Part shown: one piece after another, positions 1 through 7,759 of the stretch | How positions within the stretch are numbered: position 1 is the stretch's first letter | Layout: each line of letters begins with the position of its first letter | Assembly (NCBI GenBank): GCA_963704435.1 | Contig: OY969902.1 | Span: 750,001 to 782,000 of the forward strand | Origin: an uncultured archaeon | GTDB lineage: Archaea > Micrarchaeota > Micrarchaeia > Micrarchaeales > CABMGC01 | DNA: 32,000 bases | Reading direction: 5' to 3' | The notes under the pieces: model-generated | Database searches by the model: none | The model's input: only the letters and a program-made list of their open reading frames with translations | What the model was told of the DNA's origin: nothing | Translations under genes and position numbers: made by a program

Positions 1-985
1 GGGCACGTTCTCTATAAGTTCGCTTCCGGTAGGCGCGGCGCTGAACGTGTCGATAAACTACCAGACGTCCCAGTCCGTGAAGAACGGGACCTACTCGCTC
101 CCCATCTCGGTCTCGTACCAGTCGGGCATAGGGACCCAGTACTCGAAGACGATAAACCTGACTGAGAGCATCGCGATAGTCAGCCCGCAGGTCAGGCTCA
201 GCTTCGCCAATCCTATGCCGCAGGCGCTCTTCGCAGGATACAACCAGACCGTCCAGCTGCAGATACAGAACGTGGGCAACGGCGTGGCCAGGAATGTCAG
301 CGTGTCGCTGGTAGCGGGACAGGGCACAAACCTGCTCGGCTCCGTGGACAGCTTCTTCATAAGCACGCTGCAGCCGGGCCAGACCATAAGCGAGCCGGTA
401 CTGCTGTCAGCCAGCGGCGTGGGCAGCGCTACGGTCAACGCGACCGTGGCCTACTACTCAGCGGACTACAGCAAGAACTTCAACGGCGCGCAGCTGCTTA
501 GCCTTGCGCTCGCGCCGGCGGCGCAGTTCACTGTCACGGGCGAGAGGTCAAGCCTCGCGCCGGGATCGACCGACGTGCCCGTGACGTTCGTCGTGAAGAA
601 CACCGGCACCATAGCCGCGCAGGGCGTGCAGTTCAACCTGCAGAGCACATACCCGATAACTCCAGTGTCGAGCACCTACTACCTGAGCGACCTGCCCATC
701 GGCTCCAGCGCCAACGTCACCTTCCTGGTAAGCGCGGATTCGCAGGGAGTGCCAAGTTCATACCCTGTGACGATCTTCGAGCAGTGGAAGCAGCCTAACG
801 GCGCCACCAACCAGCAGTTCTCCGGGTCCGTCAACTACTTCGTGACCGTCGGCACAGGCGGAAGCAGCCTGGGCGACATCGCGGGAGCGGCTGTGATCAT
901 CGTGATAGCAGTGGGCGCGTACCTGTTCATGAAGAAAAGGAAGGCGAAGGCAAAGCCAGCGGCCGAGAAGGCGAGGGGCAAGTGA
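1..985 (+). CDS. Cell-surface protein (COG1361/CARDB-like, S-layer-type), C-terminal part; ORF is open to the left window edge
   Basis: The frame is open from nt 2, with no stop before the listed GTG at 47. It has repeated beta-sandwich-like segments (IQNVGNGVARNVSVSL, VVKNTGTIAAQGVQFNL) and many N-x-S/T sequons. The C-terminus has a hydrophobic helix (AAVIIVIAVGAYLF) followed by a Lys/Arg tail. Confidence 0.55.
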   Translation, partial: GTFSISSLPVGAALNVSINYQTSQSVKNGTYSLPISVSYQSGIGTQYSKTINLTESIAIVSPQVRLSFANPMPQALFAGYNQTVQLQIQNVGNGVARNVSVSLVAGQGTNLLGSVDSFFISTLQPGQTISEPVLLSASGVGSATVNATVAYYSADYSKNFNGAQLLSLALAPAAQFTVTGERSSLAPGSTDVPVTFVVKNTGTIAAQGVQFNLQSTYPITPVSSTYYLSDLPIGSSANVTFLVSADSQGVPSSYPVTIFEQWKQPNGATNQQFSGSVNYFVTVGTGGSSLGDIAGAAVIIVIAVGAYLFMKKRKAKAKPAAEKARGK

Positions 986-986
986 A

Positions 987-1637
987 ATGCAATCCAAAGC
1001 TGAGAGCGCAGGAAGCGGCCCTGCCCTTATTGCGGAGAAGACCTTAGAAGCCTGCCTTGCGCTCGCGCAGCGGGCCAAGCAGGGCTGCCTGATCGTCTGC
1101 GAGACCAAGCCGATATCTAAGCAGTACTACAAGGACTCCAATAGGGATTTCTGCCACCCCGACCTGAGCCCGATCTCCATCTTCGACCCGGATGACAGGC
1201 AGGGCCTTGAGAAGCTCGCTGCGGTGGACGGCGCCCTGATACTCGACTCATCTGGTGCGATGCTACATTATGGGGCTACCCTACTCCATTCCACGAGCAT
1301 GCGCGGACACGGCAAGCGCCACGCCTTCGCGCGTGGCACGAGCATGGCGGTGAAGGGCGTAGTCTGCATTTTGCATTCGGAAGAGGACGGACACACGAGG
1401 TCGTTCAGGGACGGGTTTCTTGTCGTTGACATCGCGCCTGACGGGAAGCTGAAGAACATGACGCGCCATCGCATCGCCGCGCTCCTCTGCAACCCCCTCA
1501 CCGCCACATTGGCCGTGTCGGGCGTAGTGACCAGCATACTGTCGCTGAATCCATTGCCGGCCATCATTACGATAAGCGGCAGCACGATCTTGATCAGGCA
1601 GGGGTTCCTAGGGTTGAAGAAAACCATCGAGGGTTAG
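987..1637 (+). CDS. DisA_N/DAC-domain (diadenylate-cyclase-like) protein with C-terminal hydrophobic anchor
   Basis: The ordered motifs GCLIVCE, VDGALILD, GKRHAFARGTS and ILHSEEDGHTRSF match the DAC hallmarks GALIVI, DGA, GTRHR.A and VSEE.G.IS. The last ~60 aa are hydrophobic. The ATG lies 1 nt after the upstream stop. Confidence 0.5.
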   Translation: MQSKAESAGSGPALIAEKTLEACLALAQRAKQGCLIVCETKPISKQYYKDSNRDFCHPDLSPISIFDPDDRQGLEKLAAVDGALILDSSGAMLHYGATLLHSTSMRGHGKRHAFARGTSMAVKGVVCILHSEEDGHTRSFRDGFLVVDIAPDGKLKNMTRHRIAALLCNPLTATLAVSGVVTSILSLNPLPAIITISGSTILIRQGFLGLKKTIEG

Positions 1638-1638
1638 C

Positions 1639-2451
1639 ATGGACAAGGCCGCAGCGAGTATCGGAATAATCGGCGGGTCTCGGTTCTATTCATTGCTCGA
1701 GAATTCAGAGCGCGCTAACGTAGACACGCAGTACGGGAAGCCCAGCGACGAGATCACAATCGGGGAGTTGGCCGGAAAGAGGGTCGCCTTCCTGCCGCGG
1801 CACGGCGCAAGGCACACGCTTGCCCCGCACAAGGTCCCGTACCGCGCGAACATAGATGCGCTGAGCGGCCTGGGCGTAGGGAGGCTCATAGCGTCGAGCA
1901 CTGTCGGGTCCCTGGTCGCGGATTACGAGCCAGGGGACTTCGTCTTCTTCGACCAGTTCGTAAACATGTCGCACGGGCGCGAAGACACCTTCTTCGATTC
2001 GGGGAAGGTCGCGCACGTTAGCACTGCCGAGCCGTACTGCCCTGAGCTCAGGAAGATCGCGGCGGAGGCCGCCGACGCGCTCGGTCTGAAGTACCACAGC
2101 AAGGGGACGGTCGTCATAGTGAACGGCCCCAGGTTCTCCACCAAGGCGGAGTCGAGATTCTTCGCCAGCCAGGGGTTCCACGCGATAAACATGACGCAGT
2201 ATCCTGAAGTCGCCCTGGCAAGGGAGAAGGAGATGTGCTACCTCGGGATAGGCATAGTGACCGATTACGACGCGGGCCTCGAGGGCAGGCCTGACATAAA
2301 GCACGTGACATTCGATGCGATTGACAGGATATTCGCGTCGAGGGTGAGCGACCTAAAGAGGCTGATCCCTGAGATAGTGTCAAGGGTCCCGGAGGAAAGA
2401 CAGTCCTGCAAGTGCGGGGAGGCGCTGAAGGGTGCCTTCACCAGCCAATAG
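1639..2451 (+). CDS. mtnP: S-methyl-5'-thioadenosine phosphorylase (PNP/MTAP family)
   Basis: Contains IGIIGGS, LPRHGARHTLAPHKVPYRANIDAL, a STVGSL-type motif and INMTQYPEVALARE, with a C-terminal CKCG. Length is 270 aa. It starts 1 nt after the upstream stop. Confidence 0.85.
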   Translation: MDKAAASIGIIGGSRFYSLLENSERANVDTQYGKPSDEITIGELAGKRVAFLPRHGARHTLAPHKVPYRANIDALSGLGVGRLIASSTVGSLVADYEPGDFVFFDQFVNMSHGREDTFFDSGKVAHVSTAEPYCPELRKIAAEAADALGLKYHSKGTVVIVNGPRFSTKAESRFFASQGFHAINMTQYPEVALAREKEMCYLGIGIVTDYDAGLEGRPDIKHVTFDAIDRIFASRVSDLKRLIPEIVSRVPEERQSCKCGEALKGAFTSQ

Positions 2452-2459
2452 CGTCGCGC

Positions 2460-2951
2460 CTAGCTTTTCCTGACGAGTCCGATACGGGTCCCGACGCTTA
2501 TGTTGTTCGTCTTGGCGAAGCCTGCCTTCGCCTCTATGACGTAATTCGCGTAGGCGCTCGGCGTATAGGAGTGATCAACGCACCAGGTATAGTTCTTCCC
2601 AACGCAACTGGTGGCGTTCCTCACCAGATATACGACGCTGCCGGACCCTCTGCTGACGTTCAGCCACATCATGTCGAGGTTCGAATAGGTGTTCTCCATC
2701 CAGAAGGGATAGATGCCGAGCGACGGGAACACGAACACCATCATCGTGTTGTTCGTTATGGTAGTGTTCATTAGCCCCTTCTCCAGCTCGGAAGGGCTTG
2801 AGGCGACGAGAGATATGTTGAACTCCCTGCCGTTCGCTGAAAAGAGGTAGGTCCCATACGCGTCATCGCGCATAGTGAGCATTGTCGCGACGATCGCGAA
2901 AAGCAGGACCGCTGCGATTACCGTTAGCGCTATGACTTTCGTGGTTTTCAT
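2460..2951 (-). CDS. DUF192-family exported protein with N-terminal signal anchor
   Basis: Contains the DUF192 motifs EKGLM, MMVFVFP, FWMENTYSNLDMMWL and YVIEAKAGF. It has an N-terminal hydrophobic helix and several N-x-S/T sequons. Confidence 0.7.
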   Translation of the reverse strand: MKTTKVIALTVIAAVLLFAIVATMLTMRDDAYGTYLFSANGREFNISLVASSPSELEKGLMNTTITNNTMMVFVFPSLGIYPFWMENTYSNLDMMWLNVSRGSGSVVYLVRNATSCVGKNYTWCVDHSYTPSAYANYVIEAKAGFAKTNNISVGTRIGLVRKS

Positions 2952-2954
2952 GGT

Positions 2955-2961
2955 ATTACAT
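2955..2961. repeat. Target-site duplication of IS copy A (left)
   Basis: ATTACAT is repeated at 4021-4027. Confidence 0.7.
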
Positions 2962-2974
2962 TAGGGACTTGACA

Positions 2975-2982
2975 AATTTTAA
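2975..2982 (-). promoter_or_regulatory. IS-borne outward-facing TATA-like box positioned upstream of the DUF192 gene
   Basis: TTAAAATT on the minus strand, inside the IS left end, lies 23 nt upstream of the ATG at 2951. Confidence 0.4.
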
Positions 2983-3108
2983 GTCTTTGCACCCAATATG
3001 ATTTCGGGGGTTTTCTCTTCTCTTTTTATCGTCGGGAAAATAAGGTCGTGAGTCTCCTGGACGGCCGATACGTCAGTGTATCGACCGCCTTGCCAGGAGT
3101 TGAAGACA

Positions 3109-3972
3109 ATGGAAATCTATGAACTAAAGAATAAAATAATAGAAGTTTGGGCTGCGGCTAAGGTGATCGTGCAGAAGTTCGGGCATACGAGGAAGTTTGC
3201 GAAGCATCTTGTCGCCTTTGCGATAAGGCAACATGAGAATCTTACCGACGTAAGACTCGCGGAGTTCCTAGTCAGGGACCCGATAGGAAAGATCCTTGGT
3301 TACACGAGGAAGCCGCATCCGTCGACCTTCTCGAAGGTGCGGGAACGGTCGGATGCGGAGATGTTTGCGGAACTGCACAACTGGATAGTGCAGGACCGGA
3401 TGAAATCAAGGCAACTGCGACTTATCGTGCAGGACAGTACCGACGTCTTCGCATATTCGCGCAAGGACGGCGATGCGAGGTGGGGGCACAGAACTCCGTC
3501 AAGGAAAGAACAACTGATGCAAAACCTCGGCAATGGGAAAGAACTGTTCTTCGGTTATAAACCACATGTAATCGTAGAAGCCGAGACGGAAACGCCACTT
3601 GCAATTGAGGTCATACCTGCGAACACAAACGACAAGAAGATGTTCTGGCCGCTGTACGACAGAGTAAAGAAGACCTTTCAACTGCAGTATCAGTCAAAAT
3701 ACATTGCGGATGCACAGTACCACGCATCAGCGATAAGGATGCAGTTGCGCGACGATGGCCTAACTCCAGTAATCCCGAGAAGCGGCAACAAGTATCTGAA
3801 AACAGAGAACCCGAAGGATCCGGAGTATGGGAAGAGGTGGGCCGTCGAACACCTCTTTGCAAGGTTGAAGGAGCTGTTCGGGCTTGCAAAGAACAGGTTC
3901 GTTGGCATAAAGAAGGTCAGGATTCACGTGTTTTCCTGCCTCCTCGCAAACCTGATCGAATACGTGATGTGA
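3109..3972 (+). CDS. DDE transposase (IS4/IS5-type, DDE_Tnp_1)
   Basis: A C-terminal Y-x2-R-x3-E-x6-K signature (YGKRWAVEHLFARLK) is followed by FVGIKKVRIHVFSCLLANLI. The ATG at 3109 is preceded by GGAG (3096-3099). The ORF track lists an upstream GTG at 3076. Confidence 0.85.
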   Translation: MEIYELKNKIIEVWAAAKVIVQKFGHTRKFAKHLVAFAIRQHENLTDVRLAEFLVRDPIGKILGYTRKPHPSTFSKVRERSDAEMFAELHNWIVQDRMKSRQLRLIVQDSTDVFAYSRKDGDARWGHRTPSRKEQLMQNLGNGKELFFGYKPHVIVEAETETPLAIEVIPANTNDKKMFWPLYDRVKKTFQLQYQSKYIADAQYHASAIRMQLRDDGLTPVIPRSGNKYLKTENPKDPEYGKRWAVEHLFARLKELFGLAKNRFVGIKKVRIHVFSCLLANLIEYVM

Positions 3973-4020
3973 AGGGGTTTGTATTTGACGAGGTGACTGA
4001 ATGTAAATGTCAACTCCCTA

Positions 4021-4027
4021 ATTACAT
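4021..4027. repeat. Target-site duplication of IS copy A (right)
   Basis: ATTACAT is repeated at 2955-2961. Confidence 0.7.
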
Positions 4028-4082
4028 GCCTGTCAAAAGTAATAAATTCTTATCCTGCGACAACTCCACATAGGTTTATCCC

Positions 4083-4235
4083 ATGCCGCTATCGACGCCG
4101 CAGCAATCCGCAGGTATCCTGAGCTTCTACGACGCGCCGGAGAGGGGTCTGAGGATCAGCGCGAAGCTTGTCCTGATATTCGTCGCGGCATTCACGATAA
4201 TCGTCATCTTCGTGGACCACTTCGCGGCCCTGTAA
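4083..4235 (+). CDS. secG: Preprotein translocase subunit Sec61-beta (archaeal SecG), 50 aa; below the ORF-track size cutoff
   Basis: My own translation is MPLSTPQQSAGILSFYDAPERGLRISAKLVLIFVAAFTIIVIFVDHFAAL. The SAG(I/L)..(Y/F) motif followed by a single C-terminal TM helix is the archaeal Sec-beta pattern. Confidence 0.7.
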   Translation: MPLSTPQQSAGILSFYDAPERGLRISAKLVLIFVAAFTIIVIFVDHFAAL

Positions 4236-4243
4236 AACCTATT

Positions 4244-5161
4244 TTATTCTGCGGCTTGCAACCATAGATCCAAAGCAGTGTTGACATCACGTGCGATCAG
4301 CATGGCCAATGGCTTCAAATCTCCAACATCTCCCTTTTCTAATGTTGAATAATAGGTCTTCCTTATCTTTTTTTGCAGTACGACTGGAGGAAATCCTGCT
4401 CGCATAAGGCGAAGGTTCGTCAAAAGCCGCGCAAGCCTGCCGTTTCCATCAATGAAAGGATGCATCCAAACAAGCAAATGGTGAAGTTTCGCCGCCGATT
4501 CTATTGCCTTGCAGCCCTTGCTGGGCGAATTCAGCTCAGCGATTACGAGTTTCATCTTTTCTGGGACTTCCTTCCAGTTTGGCGGAACGTGTTTCGTTCC
4601 TGTGATATAAACCTGTTCGTGCTTGTAGAATCCTGCGTTCTTCGGATCGATTTTGTCAAATATGATTGCATGAAGGTTGAGTATGTCCATCTCGGTTATC
4701 TGGTGGTTTTTGCGTGAAATTTTTTCAAGCAGCAATATTGCCTCCTTGTGATTCGTGGCCTCAACATAGTCCTTTACCGGCTTTCCACCTATTGTAACGC
4801 CTTTCTCGAGTACGAAGTATGTCTCCCGCAGCGAAAGCCTGTTTCCCTCCATGGCATTTGAATTGTAAGTCATCTCAACTTCGAATTTCTTCCGAAGGCT
4901 CTCCACTGCCGCTTCCGGTAATGGCCGTAATGAATTAAGTCGCGATAGCTTTTCATTAAGTGCCTTGCAAAGAGGCGCCCCGAGCAACTCCGTGCTTTGT
5001 CTTGGCAGCGCTATGCCGTGCGCCTTACAATAGTCTAGCATCTCTTCCCTACTGCCGAAGTATTTCATGACCTTCTGTTTTACCTTTCCATTTATCCTCG
5101 CAGATTCCACAAGTTCATAGTAGGTGGTAACCCCCTTGGTTTTTTCCCGTATGAAGCTCAT
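4244..5161 (-). CDS. Fic-domain protein (AMPylase family) with N-terminal inhibitory-helix motif
   Basis: Contains the Fic motif HPFIDGNGRLARLL (HxFx[DE]GNGRxxR). The upstream sequence TYNSNAMEGN contains the [ST]xxxE[GN] auto-inhibition motif. A 100-nt hand sample is about 45% GC. An A/T box lies 23 nt upstream of the ATG. Confidence 0.85.
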   Translation of the reverse strand: MSFIREKTKGVTTYYELVESARINGKVKQKVMKYFGSREEMLDYCKAHGIALPRQSTELLGAPLCKALNEKLSRLNSLRPLPEAAVESLRKKFEVEMTYNSNAMEGNRLSLRETYFVLEKGVTIGGKPVKDYVEATNHKEAILLLEKISRKNHQITEMDILNLHAIIFDKIDPKNAGFYKHEQVYITGTKHVPPNWKEVPEKMKLVIAELNSPSKGCKAIESAAKLHHLLVWMHPFIDGNGRLARLLTNLRLMRAGFPPVVLQKKIRKTYYSTLEKGDVGDLKPLAMLIARDVNTALDLWLQAAE

Positions 5162-5288
5162 ACATGAATGTAGTGCCTACTCATATTTAAATATTTGCAT
5201 AATCATTCCCCACTACACATGGCTGCAGTGATTACCGCGGCTTCCCTGCCCCTTGGTTTATTGCTACAGGCCGGCACTCCGCACGTTC

Positions 5289-6149
5289 TCACACGAGCGC
5301 GAAGACGTCCTTCCTCCTCTCGCTAACGTCCCCCTGCTCCGAGAGCAGGTAGAGTATCGCCCGCACGGCGTCCTCGTCGACCCCGGCGTCCTTCGCCACC
5401 GCCTCCGCGCCCTTCGGGCCGTCCTTCAGCGACTTTATCACGGCGCCGCTCTTCTCGTTGAAGAAGTCCCTGAGTATTATGTAGAACTTCTTGTTGAACG
5501 CCCTTGTGCCCAGCACCAGCCCGAGCCTCACGCTGTCCTGCAGCGCGAGCGATACGCTCGCCGCCTCAGCCTCCGTGGCCAGAACGACGAAGCCGTTCTT
5601 CTCCAGCTTCTCTATGACCTCGTTCTGCATCCCAGCTATCTTCTTGTAAGAGATGAGGTGGCGCCTCTCCTGTGCGGCCGGCTTCGCGGGCTCCGCCTTC
5701 TGCGGAGCCTCGATCTTCTTCCTCATCAGGAACCTGTCGTAGACGTCCTTCGATATGCTGTACAGGCCCTCCTTGCCGTCCTTCATAAGCTCCACGGATT
5801 TCTTGTCCAGCAGCCCCTGCAGGACCTTCTTCTCGGAGTCTCCGAGCAGCTTGGCGACGTTCGCGGTCGTCCTCTGGGCGTACCTTAGCGTGTCCATCTT
5901 CTTGAGCACGTCGATCTCGCCCTGCGACAGGTCCATCCTCCCCTGCGGCCTAGGACCTGACGCGATCCTCTCCTTCGGCTGCTGCGCTCCGACTAGCATG
6001 TCCTTTATGTCCTCCTTCTTCGCGAACAGGAATGCCTTCTCGTTGAACTTGAAGAAGTCGACCTCCTCATCCCCCTTGAGGCCGAGCTGCTTCGTAACTT
6101 CAAAGGGAAGGTACAGTATAAGCTTGTTGTTGGACTTGTAGACCTTCAA
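5289..6149 (-). CDS. Hypothetical protein with a possible AbrB/SpoVT-like N-terminus and winged-helix-like segments
   Basis: It has backbone-like GC-rich codon usage. The N-terminal sequence KLILYLPFEVTKQLGLKGDEEVDF resembles swapped-hairpin DNA-binding domains. No family was recognised. Confidence 0.45.
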   Translation of the reverse strand: MKVYKSNNKLILYLPFEVTKQLGLKGDEEVDFFKFNEKAFLFAKKEDIKDMLVGAQQPKERIASGPRPQGRMDLSQGEIDVLKKMDTLRYAQRTTANVAKLLGDSEKKVLQGLLDKKSVELMKDGKEGLYSISKDVYDRFLMRKKIEAPQKAEPAKPAAQERRHLISYKKIAGMQNEVIEKLEKNGFVVLATEAEAASVSLALQDSVRLGLVLGTRAFNKKFYIILRDFFNEKSGAVIKSLKDGPKGAEAVAKDAGVDEDAVRAILYLLSEQGDVSERRKDVFALV

Positions 6150-6213
6150 GGAAATCCCCCGGCAGCATCAGTAAAGGCAGCATCTGCAAACTATTTAAGC
6201 TCCTATACGTATT

Positions 6214-7758
6214 ATGCCCATGCAAGGATTAAAAGAGTTTGCGAAATACACGAAGGAGGTGCTCAGCGCCGCGGAGATGCAGGCGGTGGAGCTCAACTCC
6301 GAGGCGCACGGCGTGTCGGGGTCGCAGCTGATGGAGAACGCGGGCCTGTCCGTGGCAGACTTCGTGAACAAGCACTTCAAGAAGGCGGAGAGCATCATCG
6401 TCCTCTGCGGCCTCGGCTGGAAGGGAGGCAGCGGATTCGCGGCATCCAGGCAGCTGGTCAAGAGCCACAAGGTCATCGTAGGGGTCGTCGGGAGCAAGGA
6501 TGAGATAAAGTTCGGACCTGCGCTGCAGTCGCTTGAGGCGATAGAGCGCAGCACCCTCGGCGACGTGATCGACGACGTCCAGTCGCATCCCGAAGCGATT
6601 TCAGGGAAGGACCTTATAATCGATGCGATAATGGGCGTCGGGTTCAAGGGCAAGATCAGCGACGACACAGCGTTACTCATAAGCGCCATAAACGACTCGA
6701 GGATTCCTGTGGTGTCGATTGACATCCCGTCCGGGCTCGACGCAGAGACCGGCGACGGCGCGATGATGGTCAAGGCGGACTTCACCATCACATTCCACAA
6801 GCAGAAGTCCTGCCTCGTCGGCCTGAAGGAGGCTGGGAAGGTCGTGGTCGAGGACATGGGCGTGCCCCTCGAGGCGGAGATATTCGCGGGTCCCGGCGAC
6901 CTTGAGCTCGCGCGCAGGCCGCGGAACCTCTACTCGAACAAGCGCGACAACGGCAGCGCGATGGTCATCGCGGGCAGCAGGGACTACCACGGAGCCCCAG
7001 TGCTAGCGTCAAGCGCGGCGCAGAGCGCCCTCGCGTCCCTCAGGGTCGGCACGGGATACGCTTACCTCTACGTTCCCGAATCGATCGAGCCCGCGGTCAG
7101 GGCCATATCCCCAAACCTTGTAGTAAAGCGACTGGGCACCGACTACCTATCCGACGGAGACCTCAAGCCCGTGCTGGACGCGATTGCGCGGACCGAATGC
7201 ATCGTAATCGGCATGGGCATAGGGAGGGAAGAAGCGGTACTCAAGGCGGCGGCGAAGATAATCGACCGCGCGGGCGAGCTTAAAAAGAAAATCGTGATAG
7301 ACGCCGATGCGCTGTACGCCGTCAAGTATGCGCACGCGCTGAACGGCAACGCCATACTCACCCCGCAGGACGCCGAGTTCACTGAGCTGACGGGAGAGTC
7401 CCTGAGCAAGACCGACCTTTCTGAGCGATTCAGGAAGGCGACTGCCGCAGCAGGAAAGCTCGGGGCCAACCTGCTGCTCAAGGGGCACGAAACCGTTGTG
7501 ACCGACGGCAAGGTGGCGAAGATAGTCAAGTCCGAGTCGGCGACGCTCGCGACGATGGGCACAGGGGACGTGCTCTCCGGCATCATAGGGGGATATGCGG
7601 CGGCGGGAGCGACGGCGTTCGAGGCGGCCGTTGCGGGCGCGTACCTCAACTCCCGGATAGGGGACCTGCTCGCGATGGAGAAGGGGAACCACATACTGGC
7701 GAGCGACATCGTGGACAAGATACCGCAACTGATAAAAGATTTCGACGAGAGTGTCTGA
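6214..7758 (+). CDS. nnr: Bifunctional NAD(P)H-hydrate repair enzyme (YjeF_N epimerase plus YjeF_C ADP-dependent dehydratase)
   Basis: Length is 514 aa. The N-terminal half (LMENAGLSVA, GKGGNGG-like CGLGWKGGSG, SIDIPSGLD) and the C-terminal half (VIGMGIG, LTPQDAEFTEL, GTGDVLSG) match the two YjeF domains. Confidence 0.85.
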   Translation: MPMQGLKEFAKYTKEVLSAAEMQAVELNSEAHGVSGSQLMENAGLSVADFVNKHFKKAESIIVLCGLGWKGGSGFAASRQLVKSHKVIVGVVGSKDEIKFGPALQSLEAIERSTLGDVIDDVQSHPEAISGKDLIIDAIMGVGFKGKISDDTALLISAINDSRIPVVSIDIPSGLDAETGDGAMMVKADFTITFHKQKSCLVGLKEAGKVVVEDMGVPLEAEIFAGPGDLELARRPRNLYSNKRDNGSAMVIAGSRDYHGAPVLASSAAQSALASLRVGTGYAYLYVPESIEPAVRAISPNLVVKRLGTDYLSDGDLKPVLDAIARTECIVIGMGIGREEAVLKAAAKIIDRAGELKKKIVIDADALYAVKYAHALNGNAILTPQDAEFTELTGESLSKTDLSERFRKATAAAGKLGANLLLKGHETVVTDGKVAKIVKSESATLATMGTGDVLSGIIGGYAAAGATAFEAAVAGAYLNSRIGDLLAMEKGNHILASDIVDKIPQLIKDFDESV

Positions 7759-7759
7759 T

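Larger units (their letters stand above)
2962..4020 (+). mobile_element. Insertion sequence copy A (DDE transposase, IS4/IS5 superfamily), 1,059 bp
   Basis: The terminal inverted repeats are TAGGGACTTGACA and TAGGGAGTTGACA (12/13 match). The element is flanked by the direct repeat ATTACAT (2955-2961 and 4021-4027). A second copy lies at 18547..19605 in opposite orientation. Confidence 0.9.

Noticed and set aside
3837-4073. A 78-aa ORF running from the transposase 3' region across the IS right end into flanking DNA, with a twin at 18539..18730
   Set aside because: It is out of frame with the transposase. Its two versions differ only after the IS boundary, so the tails come from the flanks. 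It has no motif and is most simply a chance ORF.
4244-6149. Fic plus the upstream AbrB-like gene as a toxin-antitoxin pair
   Set aside because: The genes are 127 bp apart. Fic has its own A/T box. The two genes differ strongly in composition (about 45% GC against backbone-like). The upstream protein is 286 aa, far larger than typical antitoxins. The Fic protein also carries its own inhibitory motif.
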